From assembly GCA_038062295.1 (NCBI GenBank), contig JBBTXL010000045.1, positions 1 to 36,257 on the forward strand: 36,257 nt of DNA, written 5' to 3'. Every line of letters starts with the position of its first letter. Positions within the stretch are counted from its first letter, which is position 1. Below the pieces are notes generated by a model that saw only the letters and a list, made by a program, of their open reading frames with translations, did no database searches and was not told where the DNA came from. Made by a program: the position numbers and the translations under genes. This document shows, in pieces, positions 1-9,027 of the stretch. This stretch comes from Patescibacteria group bacterium. GTDB lineage: Bacteria > Patescibacteriota > Minisyncoccia > GWC2-36-17 > WO2-46-25.

Positions 1-342
1 GTATATGCGCCACCCGCCGCGCGCAGCGTTTCGATGATCTGGGCGCTTTTTCAAGATAGCGAACCGTTGAGAATATTTTCGGACGCCATTGCCGTTTCGT
101 GCCGCGAAATGTGTTCCGAAGCTCGTGTCACCGTAAAAGAACTTATCCCGCATATCACGCTTGCGCGCATAAATATTTCCTCACAAAACTTTGGCCGGCA
201 TGCAGGGAACATATCACTGAACCAGCCACCTATTTCGGAACTTTTCCCTGCCGCGTCCTGTACCCTCATGCAATCAGTAAGGGATATATCAGGAGAGCAT
301 ACATACCATCCGTTGAAAAACTTCCAACTTGGCGGCAGATAG
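1..342 (+). CDS. 2H-phosphoesterase (ThpR/LigT, 2'-5' RNA ligase family) C-terminal part; 5' end lies outside the window
   Basis: Frame 1 is open from nt 1. Translation contains 'IPHITLARI', which fits the second H-x-T-x motif of the 2H fold. Stop TAG 340-342 is followed by hairpin 357-386. Confidence 0.5.
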   Translation, partial: VYAPPAARSVSMIWALFQDSEPLRIFSDAIAVSCREMCSEARVTVKELIPHITLARINISSQNFGRHAGNISLNQPPISELFPAASCTLMQSVRDISGEHTYHPLKNFQLGGR

Positions 343-356
343 AAAATAAGTAGTAG

Positions 357-386
357 AAAGCGTCCCGATGGATGTCGGGACGCTTT
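357..386. terminator. Hairpin between convergent ORFs (possible bidirectional terminator)
   Basis: Stem agcgtcccga (359-368) pairs perfectly with tcgggacgct (375-384), extendable by A:T pairs to 357-386; 6-nt loop. The U-tract is weak. Confidence 0.45.
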
Positions 387-398
387 GCGTCAAAAGGT

Positions 399-590
399 TC
401 AATGGTACAGGAGGGGCTTGTTGAGAGTGAGGCACAAGTGGAGTTCTCCCTGTTGGCCGCAGAAAGGGCACGTAAAGGTGAACAGGTCCGGATGCGGCTT
501 CGTATAGGTCGTAAAGTAGACCGGGCTCCCATTCCTGTGGTTGAAGTGGTATTCAGTTGTTGAGCCATCTTCCAGAACGAACACAGGCAT
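399..590 (-). CDS. Hypothetical small protein (63 aa), uncertain
   Basis: Internal ATG (588-590) of the listed 399..917 ORF. Convergent with the thpR-like gene and ends just before the shared hairpin. Contains 'CPFCG'. No clear SD or promoter. Confidence 0.2.
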   Translation of the reverse strand: MPVFVLEDGSTTEYHFNHRNGSPVYFTTYTKPHPDLFTFTCPFCGQQGELHLCLTLNKPLLYH

Positions 591-769
591 CTTCTTTTGC
601 TTCGAAATAGGACAAAGGTGATTGGCATTCCATATGCGTAACACGTCCACCACCCCCTCTCGGTTTTTAAAAGACCATGAAGAGCTTTTCCTATCTTTAT
701 TGAACCAAAAAAATAGGTGTTTGTCAATATCGCGGTGCGTGCGGGATGTGATATGCTGGGGCGTAGAGC

Positions 770-1255
770 ATGAAACTTTCCGTTGGACAAAAAGCGCCTG
801 ATTTTTCTCTTCCGGACCAAGCAGGAGAACAGCATACACTCTCTGATCACAAAGGCCAGTGGGTACTGTTGTATTTTTATCCAAAAGACGATACCCCCGG
901 ATGTACAAAGCAAGCATGCGCGATACGCGACGCTTTTCCTGACTTCAAAAAAATGAAGGCAATGGTATTTGGAGTGAGTGTTGATTCGCAAAAAAAACAT
1001 GCGAAATTCGCCGGAAAATACGCACTGCCGTTCACGCTGCTTGCCGATGAAGAAAAGAAAGTTGTCGGGCTGTACGGTGTGTGGGGAACAAAAAAGTTTA
1101 TGGGCAGGGAATACATGGGCACATACCGCACTTCTTTTCTTATTACCCCCGATGGAACAATCGAAAAAATATACGAAGCGGTGAAGCCGGAAACGCACGC
1201 GGAGGAAGTGCTTGCCGATCTGAAAGCGCTTGTATCTCTCGCGAAACAAGGATGA
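770..1255 (+). CDS. bcp: Thiol peroxidase / peroxiredoxin Bcp
   Basis: 'GQKAPDFSLPDQAG...VLLYFYPKDDTPGCTKQAC' is the classic Bcp/PrxQ active-site block. Confidence 0.93.
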   Translation: MKLSVGQKAPDFSLPDQAGEQHTLSDHKGQWVLLYFYPKDDTPGCTKQACAIRDAFPDFKKMKAMVFGVSVDSQKKHAKFAGKYALPFTLLADEEKKVVGLYGVWGTKKFMGREYMGTYRTSFLITPDGTIEKIYEAVKPETHAEEVLADLKALVSLAKQG

Positions 1256-2316
1256 ATCAAGAAGAAAATGTCCTACCGCAAGGACCGCCGCGCGCCACGC
1301 CATGGCGCATCGTTGTTTTTTTCGTGTGCGCGCTTGCAGGAGGTATGATCGTGGTGTGCGTTGGCGTCTACGGATATTTTGTGTGGCGCGCAAGCGCGCC
1401 AGCGCATGTGTCTGCTGCAAACAGCGCGTTGTTCACTGTTGTCCGTGGCGAGTCGCCGCATGCCATAGCGCGCAACCTGGAGCAGAAAGGATTTGTTGAT
1501 CGCGCGATATTCTTTTCATTTGCGGTGTGGCGCGACGGTCTTGCGCCGGGCATGCAGGCGGGTATCTACGCATTCCCGTCGCACGCTTCGCCCCGCGACA
1601 TTGCGCATGCGATCGCAAGCGGAGCTGTGTATCGTACCGATATTTCAGTGACCATTCCCGAGGGGTTCACGCTTGCGCAGACGGACAAACGTTTCAAACA
1701 GACCGGTTTGTTCTCTGGAGATACGCTCGCGCGTTTTACTGTCGCTGATCTTCAGACAGCATATCCGTTCCTGGAAGATGCGCCCGGCGGCGCGTCGCTG
1801 GAAGGGTATTTGTTTCCGGATACCTACTTTTTTGACCCTGCTGCAACGGCAAGCACGAGCGTCGGAAAAATGCTCGACAACTTCGGTGAAAAGTTTGCCC
1901 GTGAGATGCGCGAGGAAACACGCCGGCAGGGGAAAAGCATTTTTGAGATCGTAACGATGGCGTCCCTCATCCAGAAAGAGGTTATTACGGAGGAGGATAT
2001 GAAGTTGGTGTCCGGTATTTTATGGAAACGGCTCGCGATCGGTATGCCGCTTGAAGTGGATGCGACGGTGGCATACGCCGTGGGGCACACAGAACTTTCG
2101 CTGGCGGACCTGCAAGCGGATTCGCCGTACAATACCTATCGGCGCCGGGGCTTGCCGCCCGGACCCATTGCAAACCCGGGCGCACAGGCGCTTGCGGCGG
2201 CACTGACACCAACCGACTCTGATCATCTGTTTTATCTTTCTAAACCGGACGGCGCAACGGTGTTTTCAAAAACATTCCAGGAACACCTTGTTGCAAAGAA
2301 CACATATCTTCGCTGA
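1252..2316 (+). CDS. mltG: Endolytic murein transglycosylase MltG (YceG family)
   Basis: ATG 1252 overlaps the bcp stop (ATGA). N-terminal TM helix, 'ASLIQKE' and 'SPYNTYRRRGLPPGPIANPG' YceG motifs. Confidence 0.9.
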   Translation: MNQEENVLPQGPPRATPWRIVVFFVCALAGGMIVVCVGVYGYFVWRASAPAHVSAANSALFTVVRGESPHAIARNLEQKGFVDRAIFFSFAVWRDGLAPGMQAGIYAFPSHASPRDIAHAIASGAVYRTDISVTIPEGFTLAQTDKRFKQTGLFSGDTLARFTVADLQTAYPFLEDAPGGASLEGYLFPDTYFFDPAATASTSVGKMLDNFGEKFAREMREETRRQGKSIFEIVTMASLIQKEVITEEDMKLVSGILWKRLAIGMPLEVDATVAYAVGHTELSLADLQADSPYNTYRRRGLPPGPIANPGAQALAAALTPTDSDHLFYLSKPDGATVFSKTFQEHLVAKNTYLR

Positions 2317-2317
2317 T

Positions 2318-3118
2318 ATGAACCGAAAAATACTTTTTCTTGAAAAGAGCTTTTCCGAGGGGACCAACGCCCATGCGTACCTTTTTTTCGGCCCCCGGGG
2401 TTCGGGGAAAATAGATGAGGCGCGTGCGTTCGCGCGTTCGCTCACCGGCCACACGGACGAGCGGCGGCCAAATCCCGATGTCCTTATCGTTATGCCGGAA
2501 GAAAAGAGCGGTGACATTACCATAGATCAGATCCGCAGCATCACATCGTTTCTTGTGCTCGCGCCTGCCGGCGGAAAGAACAAGGTCGTCATTATCAATG
2601 AGGCACACCGGATGCAGCCGGAGGCCGCAAGCGCCCTGCTCAAAACTTTAGAGGAGCCGCCCGCGCAGAGCGTTCTTATCCTGGCATCCGAGCATCCCGG
2701 CATGGTGTTGCCAACCGTTCTGTCGCGCGTTCAGAAGATACGGTTTTCCGGGATGCAGGAGAAAGCCGTTGACAAAAAAGATGAAATATTTTACCATTTG
2801 GACATTGTTTTCGAGAGCGGCATTTCCGAGCGGCTTGCGCTTGCCGAGAAACTTTCGAAAGAACATGAAAACATAGAAGAAGTGTTCGACCGCTGGCTGG
2901 CGCTTATGCACGACCTTTTATACATTTCGCTGGGATTGGACGAATTGACCGAACGTCGTTCGCTTGCCGGAGACCTCAAACGGCTGGTGCGCGAGGAACA
3001 GCTGACCACAGACCGGCTCCGGAACGCGCTTACGGTTTTGGTTGCCGCGCGCTTTACGGCGCAAACAACCAACGCCAACCGGCGGCTGTTGCTGGAAAAC
3101 ACGCTTCTTACATTATAA
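2318..3118 (+). CDS. holB: DNA polymerase III delta' subunit
   Basis: 'HAYLFFGPRGSGK', 'ALLKTLEEPP' and 'TVLSRVQKIRF' clamp-loader motifs. ATG 2318 lies 2 nt after the mltG stop; the listed TTG 2288 overlaps mltG. Confidence 0.85.
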   Translation: MNRKILFLEKSFSEGTNAHAYLFFGPRGSGKIDEARAFARSLTGHTDERRPNPDVLIVMPEEKSGDITIDQIRSITSFLVLAPAGGKNKVVIINEAHRMQPEAASALLKTLEEPPAQSVLILASEHPGMVLPTVLSRVQKIRFSGMQEKAVDKKDEIFYHLDIVFESGISERLALAEKLSKEHENIEEVFDRWLALMHDLLYISLGLDELTERRSLAGDLKRLVREEQLTTDRLRNALTVLVAARFTAQTTNANRRLLLENTLLTL

Positions 3119-3122
3119 CCAT

Positions 3123-4265
3123 ATGCATCCACTTGCCATTATTATTGTCTTGTCCATTCTTATCGGCGCGGTGCTGGTGTTTTCCCCGCTGTCGGTACGG
3201 GACATGATCGCGTCATTCCCCCTGTTCCAGGCGGTTGTTCAAACGCAGGGTGAGGCGGGCGTGGAAGAGCCGCGCGCGAACATTTTTCGTTCCATTGAAA
3301 GCGGTCGGGTGTGGTTTCCTCAGGTTGCCGTGGATGCCGGGCAGAATATTCCCGAAGTGACCGTTCTTGATCTTGCGATGGACATACTTGACCCCAACAT
3401 CGTGTATGCTGGCACGGAGGGCGCGGGGCTGTATAAAAGCGTGAACAACGGACAGAACTGGGATAAGTTGTTTGACCGCAACAAGGTGCTGGCCGCTAAC
3501 GCGACGGTGTACCGCATGGCGCAAGACCCCAACAATGCGGAGAACATCTATATCGCGGCGTTCCAGAACAAATACGGCGTTTTTTTGAAATCGACCGACG
3601 GCGGATTGTCGTTCGCGCAGACCTATATTTCCCAACTGGAAAATTATCCGTTGCGCGCTCTTGCGATCCATCCGGTATTGGGTAATATACTCTATATTGG
3701 AACTGCGCAGGGCGGCGTATTTGTATCGCGGGATTACGGCGAAACGTGGGAAGTTTTGAAGTGGCTCACCGGGAAGATCTCGGATATTGTCATCAATCCG
3801 GAAAACCCGTCGGAAATGTATGTCGTAACGTCCGACCGCGGTTTGTTCCGGTCCGTTGACGGTGGGCAAACCTGGGACAGTCTGGCACGGCAGCTCTCGC
3901 GCGTGACCGCATCCAACAACATCATTGCATTCCGCATGGATCCCGCAGACAGCAGGGTGTTGTACCTTGCGGTCGCCAATGGTTTGGTCGTTTCCGAAAA
4001 CCGCGGGACTACATGGCGGTTCGTTGACCTACTCATCCCACCCCGCCAACTTCCCGTGGATGCGATCGCTCTCAGTCCCCAAAACCGTAATACAATATAT
4101 GTCGGGGTCGGTGCACTGCTCTATATTTCCGAAGATGCGGGCGTCAACTGGAGCGTGCAGAAGTTCAATACGCAAAAGCGTATCAATATTATCACGGTAG
4201 ATTATCGCGACGAGCAGAATATTTTTATGGGAATGAAAAATCCCCAGCGCCAGTCATCGCTGTAG
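3123..4265 (+). CDS. Membrane-anchored BNR/Asp-box beta-propeller protein
   Basis: N-terminal hydrophobic helix 'MHPLAIIIVLSILIGAVLVF', then six Asp-box-like motifs: SVNNGQNW, STDGGLSF, SRDYGETW, SVDGGQTW, SENRGTTW, SEDAGVNW. Confidence 0.75.
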   Translation: MHPLAIIIVLSILIGAVLVFSPLSVRDMIASFPLFQAVVQTQGEAGVEEPRANIFRSIESGRVWFPQVAVDAGQNIPEVTVLDLAMDILDPNIVYAGTEGAGLYKSVNNGQNWDKLFDRNKVLAANATVYRMAQDPNNAENIYIAAFQNKYGVFLKSTDGGLSFAQTYISQLENYPLRALAIHPVLGNILYIGTAQGGVFVSRDYGETWEVLKWLTGKISDIVINPENPSEMYVVTSDRGLFRSVDGGQTWDSLARQLSRVTASNNIIAFRMDPADSRVLYLAVANGLVVSENRGTTWRFVDLLIPPRQLPVDAIALSPQNRNTIYVGVGALLYISEDAGVNWSVQKFNTQKRINIITVDYRDEQNIFMGMKNPQRQSSL

Positions 4266-4274
4266 AATTTTTGT

Positions 4275-4835
4275 ATGCACGACGATATTGTCAAAAATAT
4301 GGCGGTAAAGATGGAGCGTACGCTTGAGCATTTCAAGCAGGAAATTTCCGCGCTTCGTACCGGACGCGCAACTATCAGTCTGCTGGACGGCATCACGGCG
4401 GAGTACTACGGCCAGCCCACGCCGCTCAACCAGCTCGCAACGCTTGCCGTTGTACCGCCCAACATGATCGTTATTCAGCCGTGGGATAAAAACGCGATGG
4501 AGCCGATCCAAAAAGCCATCACCCAGTCCGCGCTTGGCATAGCGCCTATCGCGGACAAAGACAGTATTCGCCTGACCATGCCGGCGCTTTCCGAAGAGCG
4601 GCGCGCGATGCTGGTGAAAACGCTGAACCAACATGCGGAAGAGGCGCGCATTGCCGTTCGCCGCGAGCGCGAAGATGCGCTGCGCCACGCGCAGAAGCTG
4701 AAAGAGGACGGTGAGATGAAGGAAGACGACTTCTTCCGTACCAAGAACGACATCCAGAAAACGGTGGACGAATTCACGAACGAAAAGATCAAGGGCTTGC
4801 GCGATGCGAAAGAACAAGAGATACTGCGTTCATGA
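4275..4835 (+). CDS. frr: Ribosome recycling factor
   Basis: 186 aa. 'ISALRTGRATISLLDGITAEYYGQPTPLNQLATL..VQPWDK' is typical RRF. Confidence 0.95.
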   Translation: MHDDIVKNMAVKMERTLEHFKQEISALRTGRATISLLDGITAEYYGQPTPLNQLATLAVVPPNMIVIQPWDKNAMEPIQKAITQSALGIAPIADKDSIRLTMPALSEERRAMLVKTLNQHAEEARIAVRREREDALRHAQKLKEDGEMKEDDFFRTKNDIQKTVDEFTNEKIKGLRDAKEQEILRS

Positions 4836-5920
4836 TCATTGGAGCGGTTATTCTTTTTATCGCGATTTTGTGCGCCATCATCTTGGTGCATGAGTGGGGG
4901 CATTTTGTGACGGCGCGGCGAGCCGGTATTAAGGTAGAAGAGTTCGGTATGGGGTTCCCCCCGAAGGCCTATTCGTGGGTGAGAAACGGCGTCGTGTATT
5001 CGCTCAACTGGCTTCCCATCGGCGGGTTCGTGAAGATCTATGGTGAGGACGGGGACGCAAAAGACGACCCCATGAGTTTTGGCGCCAAGTCCATCCCAAC
5101 GCGTATCGTGGTCATTCTTGCGGGCGTGACGATGAACTTTATCCTTGCCGCGGTACTTTTGGCGTTCGGATTTTGGTACGGTATTCCGAGTGCCGTTTCA
5201 GACGATACGGCTAAATATCCCATGCGTAATGTGAGCGTGAGTATTACGCAGATCGCCCCCGGTTCCCCCGCGGAAAGTGCGGGGTTGAAGATCGGGGATG
5301 CGATACGGGCGTTTACCGCCGACGGTGCGCGCGTTGAAACAACGGAGGTTGTCGCGGTTCAGGAATATATCCAAGCACACAAAGGCACGGCAATCACCAT
5401 GATAGTGGCACGCGGTGAAGAGATGCTGGAAATTCCCGTAACGCCGCGCATGGAAACGCCGGCAGGAGAGGGTGCAGTCGGCGTCGCGCTCCAAAAGACA
5501 GCGATCGTCTCGTACCCGTGGTATCTCGCGCCGTTCAAGGGCATTGAAGCAATGGTGTCGCTCGCGTGGCTGTTTCTTTCCACATTCGCATCTATCGTGT
5601 GGCATCTCATTACGAACGGAAAACTTATTGCCGATATTGCAGGGCCGGTGGGCATCGGCGCACTGACATACCAGGTAACGCAGCTTGGGTTTTCCTACAT
5701 CATCCAGCTTGCCGCCATTTTGTCCATCAACATCGGCATTATCAACGCGTTGCCGTTTCCGGCGCTTGACGGCGGCCGCGCCGCGTTCTTGCTTGTGGAA
5801 GCGGTGAAAGGTTCCCCGTTGAGTAAGGTGTTCGAGTATCGGGCGAATATGATCGGTTTTGCGCTGTTGATGATTCTCATGGTGCTGATCACCGTGCGGG
5901 ATATTTTCAAGCTGTTTTGA
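4832..5920 (+). CDS. rseP: RIP (site-2) zinc metalloprotease RseP, M50 family
   Basis: 'HEWGHF' HExxH in the first TM segment, central PDZ-like segment, C-terminal 'NALPFPALDGG'. ATGA overlap with frr. Confidence 0.9.
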   Translation: MIIGAVILFIAILCAIILVHEWGHFVTARRAGIKVEEFGMGFPPKAYSWVRNGVVYSLNWLPIGGFVKIYGEDGDAKDDPMSFGAKSIPTRIVVILAGVTMNFILAAVLLAFGFWYGIPSAVSDDTAKYPMRNVSVSITQIAPGSPAESAGLKIGDAIRAFTADGARVETTEVVAVQEYIQAHKGTAITMIVARGEEMLEIPVTPRMETPAGEGAVGVALQKTAIVSYPWYLAPFKGIEAMVSLAWLFLSTFASIVWHLITNGKLIADIAGPVGIGALTYQVTQLGFSYIIQLAAILSINIGIINALPFPALDGGRAAFLLVEAVKGSPLSKVFEYRANMIGFALLMILMVLITVRDIFKLF

Positions 5921-5981
5921 ATGCGGTAGAGTATAGCTGCCCTGGTTACCGGGCACAGGTCTTTAACAAAGGGGGTGGGGG

Positions 5982-6551
5982 ATGGATCAGTATAAACCAG
6001 ACATTTGGAGAGATGTTGTGCCAAAGATGCAAGAATGGACTGAACAAGAGAATAAAAACAGGCTGTTTTTGAGCAGATTTTTCAGAAAATGGAGCGTTGA
6101 GGAAATGGAGATTGTCAGCACATATTCGTACCTCGCATTCGTGATGAAGGAGCGTCTGAAAAAGATTGCGAATGACGCGCAATGCCATGAAAAAAGTATA
6201 CCGAGAGGAGTACACGAAGATGCCGTAGATTTTCTTTCGGCAGTCGTTCGGAATATCGATGGCAGTGACGCATCATGCCCATGTTGTCAGAAAGGTCCTC
6301 CTACCATGAAAAGGATATCGGTGATGATCCTTGCGGGACTGTTCCCGCAGATACGGAATGAGGAGGGCACCCTGCCTTTTTTTCAGATGTTTGTTACTTT
6401 GCTGGAGCGTCTGCGGCAACCCCATGCGCTTTCACCGGATGACCTGGTGACAGCACAGCAACTCGCGCGCTTTTTTGGCAGGTTGTCCTCGGTGGCCGAT
6501 GACTTCAATTATTCGGCACGCATGATAGAGTCTCACCGGTATCTCCCATGA
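5982..6551 (+). CDS. Hypothetical protein (189 aa)
   Basis: ATG preceded by the G-rich SD 'aaagggggtggggg'; followed by intrinsic terminator 6564-6595. No family recognised; contains 'CPCC'. Confidence 0.5.
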   Translation: MDQYKPDIWRDVVPKMQEWTEQENKNRLFLSRFFRKWSVEEMEIVSTYSYLAFVMKERLKKIANDAQCHEKSIPRGVHEDAVDFLSAVVRNIDGSDASCPCCQKGPPTMKRISVMILAGLFPQIRNEEGTLPFFQMFVTLLERLRQPHALSPDDLVTAQQLARFFGRLSSVADDFNYSARMIESHRYLP

Positions 6552-6563
6552 ACCGTCTTCCCA

Positions 6564-6595
6564 AAGCCGTTCCAGAATTTTGGAATGGCTTTTTG
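6564..6595 (+). terminator. Rho-independent terminator
   Basis: aagccgttcca (6564-6574) pairs with tggaatggctt (6581-6591) with one G:U, followed by a T-run. Confidence 0.75.
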
Positions 6596-6604
6596 TTATC
6601 TTGA

Positions 6605-6673
6605 CCCGGTAGTGAATCCTCGGCTGTCGCGAAGCGACGGAAAGGCGTAGCATGCCGAGGATCTACTACCGGG
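6605..6673 (+). promoter_or_regulatory. Long imperfect inverted repeat / structured leader upstream of proS
   Basis: cccggtagtgaatcctcgg (6605-6623) versus ccgaggatctactaccggg (6655-6673): 17 of 19 complementary. It encloses the hairpin ctgtcgc-gaa-gcgacgg (6624-6640). Confidence 0.5.
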
Positions 6674-6711
6674 TTGAAACTTACCTGTATGTTTGGTACT
6701 GTTCCTATATC

Positions 6712-7965
6712 ATGTTGCAATCTCACGCATTCATTCACACTCGTCGGGAGGCTCCCAAAGACGAACCGAGCGTCAACGCGCAGCTTTTGGCGCGTGGGGG
6801 ATATATTGACAAGCTCACGAGTGGCGTGTACACGCTCTTACCTTTGGGCCTTTCGGTGCTTTCAAACATTGCGCGCATCATCCGCGAAGAGATGAACGCG
6901 ATCGGTGGAGTTGAACTTTTGCTGCCCGCGCTGCACCCCAAAGAGCTGTGGGAGGAAACCAAACGGTGGGACAGCGTGGACGACCTCTACAAACTCACGG
7001 ATCGGCAACAGCGTGAGTTCGCGCTTGGCGCGACGCACGAGGAGGTAATCACCGATATCATCCGCAAGCGGTCGTTCTCGTACAAAGATATGCCGTTTGC
7101 GCTGTACCAGATTCAGACGAAATTCCGCGATGAGCTGCGCGCAAAATCCGGCTTGTTGCGCGGACGAGAATTTCTCATGAAAGACCTGTATAGTTTTCAC
7201 GCAGATGAAGAGGACCGGAAAAAATACTACGAAAAAGCAAAAAAGGCGTACGGAAAGATCTTCAAGCGCTGTGGGCTTTCGGTGGTGGTGGCAGAAGCCG
7301 GCGGTGGGTCGTTTTCAAAGGAAATCTCGCACGAATTCCAGACGCCGACCGAAGCGGGCGAGGATACCGTCATATGGTGCACAAAGTGCGGTTTCGCGCA
7401 AAATACCGAGCTCGCACAGGCGCGGGGTGGCGAGAAATGTCCCGTGTGCGGAAACGTTTTGGCAGAAATAAAGTCTATAGAAGTAGGGAACATTTTTACG
7501 CTTGGAACAAAGTTTTCTTCAGCCATGGGGGCGTATTTCACCGACCGTAGCGGGAGTGATACGCCTATGGTGATGGGATGTTACGGTATCGGTTTGGGAC
7601 GGGTCATGGGGGCGGTAGTGGAGACAAATCACGACGACCGCGGCATCATATGGCCGCGGGAACTGGCGCCATTTGCGGTGCATATCGTGCCGCTTGGGGG
7701 CAAGGAAAAAAAGTCGTCAGCGCGGGTTGCAAAGGCGGCGCAGGTCTTGTACGCGGAGTGCTTGAAGAACGGTATTGGTGTGTTATATGACGACCGGGAT
7801 GCGTCTCCCGGGCAGAAGTTCGCCGATGCGGATCTTATCGGCGCGACCTGGCGCATGGTGGTATCGGAAAAGACCTTGGCACAGAAAGGGTGCGTGGAGA
7901 TAAAACGAAGAGATAATACAAAAACAAAACTTGTATCTATAAAAAATGTCGGGAAATTACTTTAG
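6712..7965 (+). CDS. proS: Prolyl-tRNA synthetase (short form, no INS editing domain)
   Basis: Matches bacterial ProRS blocks 'GATHEEVITD', 'YQIQTKFRDE' and 'REFLMKDLYSFH'. ATG 6712 chosen because the listed 6652 start lies inside the upstream inverted repeat. C4 ribbon 'CTKCG...CPVCG' sits where INS would be. Confidence 0.9.
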   Translation: MLQSHAFIHTRREAPKDEPSVNAQLLARGGYIDKLTSGVYTLLPLGLSVLSNIARIIREEMNAIGGVELLLPALHPKELWEETKRWDSVDDLYKLTDRQQREFALGATHEEVITDIIRKRSFSYKDMPFALYQIQTKFRDELRAKSGLLRGREFLMKDLYSFHADEEDRKKYYEKAKKAYGKIFKRCGLSVVVAEAGGGSFSKEISHEFQTPTEAGEDTVIWCTKCGFAQNTELAQARGGEKCPVCGNVLAEIKSIEVGNIFTLGTKFSSAMGAYFTDRSGSDTPMVMGCYGIGLGRVMGAVVETNHDDRGIIWPRELAPFAVHIVPLGGKEKKSSARVAKAAQVLYAECLKNGIGVLYDDRDASPGQKFADADLIGATWRMVVSEKTLAQKGCVEIKRRDNTKTKLVSIKNVGKLL

Positions 7966-7977
7966 AAATTAGATAGT

Positions 7978-9021
7978 ATGATCGATAAGCTGTTCGGTTA
8001 TTTTTCCAAGGATATGGGGATAGACCTCGGCACCGCAAATACCCTCGTGTATGTGCGCGGGCGCGGCATTGTCATCAATGAGCCGTCGGTGGTCGCCATC
8101 AACCAAAAAACGGGGCAGGTGCTTTCCATCGGCAGCGAGGCAAAGCGCATGCTCGGGCGCACGCCGCAGCATATCGTGGCGATAAAGCCCCTTTCCAACG
8201 GCGTCATATCCGATTTTGAGGTGACCGAGCAGATGCTCAAATATTTTATTGACACGGTGCACAAGGACCAACTGACACCGGTGCCGCGCCCGCGTGTCGT
8301 GATCGGGATCCCCTCGCAGATCACCGAAGTTGAAAAGCGCGCGGTGGAAGACGCGGCGCGCAATGCGGGAGCGCGCCAGGTGTTCCTGGTGGAGGAGCCG
8401 ATTGCGGCGGCGATCGGCGCGCGCCTGCCCATCCATCACGCGGTCGGCAGCATGGTGGTGGACATCGGGGGTGGCACAACGGATATTGCGGTCATATCGC
8501 TTGGCGGCATTGTGGTTTCAAAAACCTTGAAGATCGCGGGCGACAAACTGAACCAGGACATTATCCGCTACATGCGCGATGAGCATAAGCTGCTGTTGGG
8601 CGAAATGGCCGCCGAACAGGCAAAGATAAGCGTTGGTTCGGCATACCCGACGCGCGAAAAGCTCCAGGATGTTATCCGGGGGCGCGATCTGGTGACCGGC
8701 CTGCCGAAAGAAGTGGATGTTGATGCGGACGAGATCAGAAAGGCAATGGCATCGTCCGTCGCGACGCTGGTGCACGCGGTGAAAGCGGCGGTGGAAGTCA
8801 CGCCGCCCGAACTGGTATCTGATATTGCGCGCAACGGCATTTTGCTGACCGGCGGCGGCTCACTCCTGCGGGGGCTGAACACGCTGATCGAGGAGGAAAC
8901 AAAGATCCCGGTACGGACCGTGGAAGATCCGCTGACATCCGTGGTGATCGGCACCGGCATTATTTTAGAGAACTTGTCGGAACTCTCCGATATTTTGGTC
9001 AAGTCCCAGTATGAAGAGTGA
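7978..9021 (+). CDS. mreB: Rod-shape protein MreB
   Basis: 'DLGTANTLVY', 'VVDIGGGTTDIAV' and 'GILLTGGGSLL' actin-fold motifs. Confidence 0.97.
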   Translation: MIDKLFGYFSKDMGIDLGTANTLVYVRGRGIVINEPSVVAINQKTGQVLSIGSEAKRMLGRTPQHIVAIKPLSNGVISDFEVTEQMLKYFIDTVHKDQLTPVPRPRVVIGIPSQITEVEKRAVEDAARNAGARQVFLVEEPIAAAIGARLPIHHAVGSMVVDIGGGTTDIAVISLGGIVVSKTLKIAGDKLNQDIIRYMRDEHKLLLGEMAAEQAKISVGSAYPTREKLQDVIRGRDLVTGLPKEVDVDADEIRKAMASSVATLVHAVKAAVEVTPPELVSDIARNGILLTGGGSLLRGLNTLIEEETKIPVRTVEDPLTSVVIGTGIILENLSELSDILVKSQYEE

Positions 9022-9027
9022 ACTGTA

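Noticed and set aside
266-1420. 384-aa ORF on the minus strand
   Set aside because: It lies antisense to the confidently identified bcp and mltG genes. It is Arg/Cys/Phe-rich with no motifs, which is typical of a shadow ORF.
6605-6711. T-box riboswitch for proS
   Set aside because: There is no conserved T-box 14-mer, AG bulge or GNUGGUA-type distal loop motif, and no terminator/antiterminator pair. The element is also too short.
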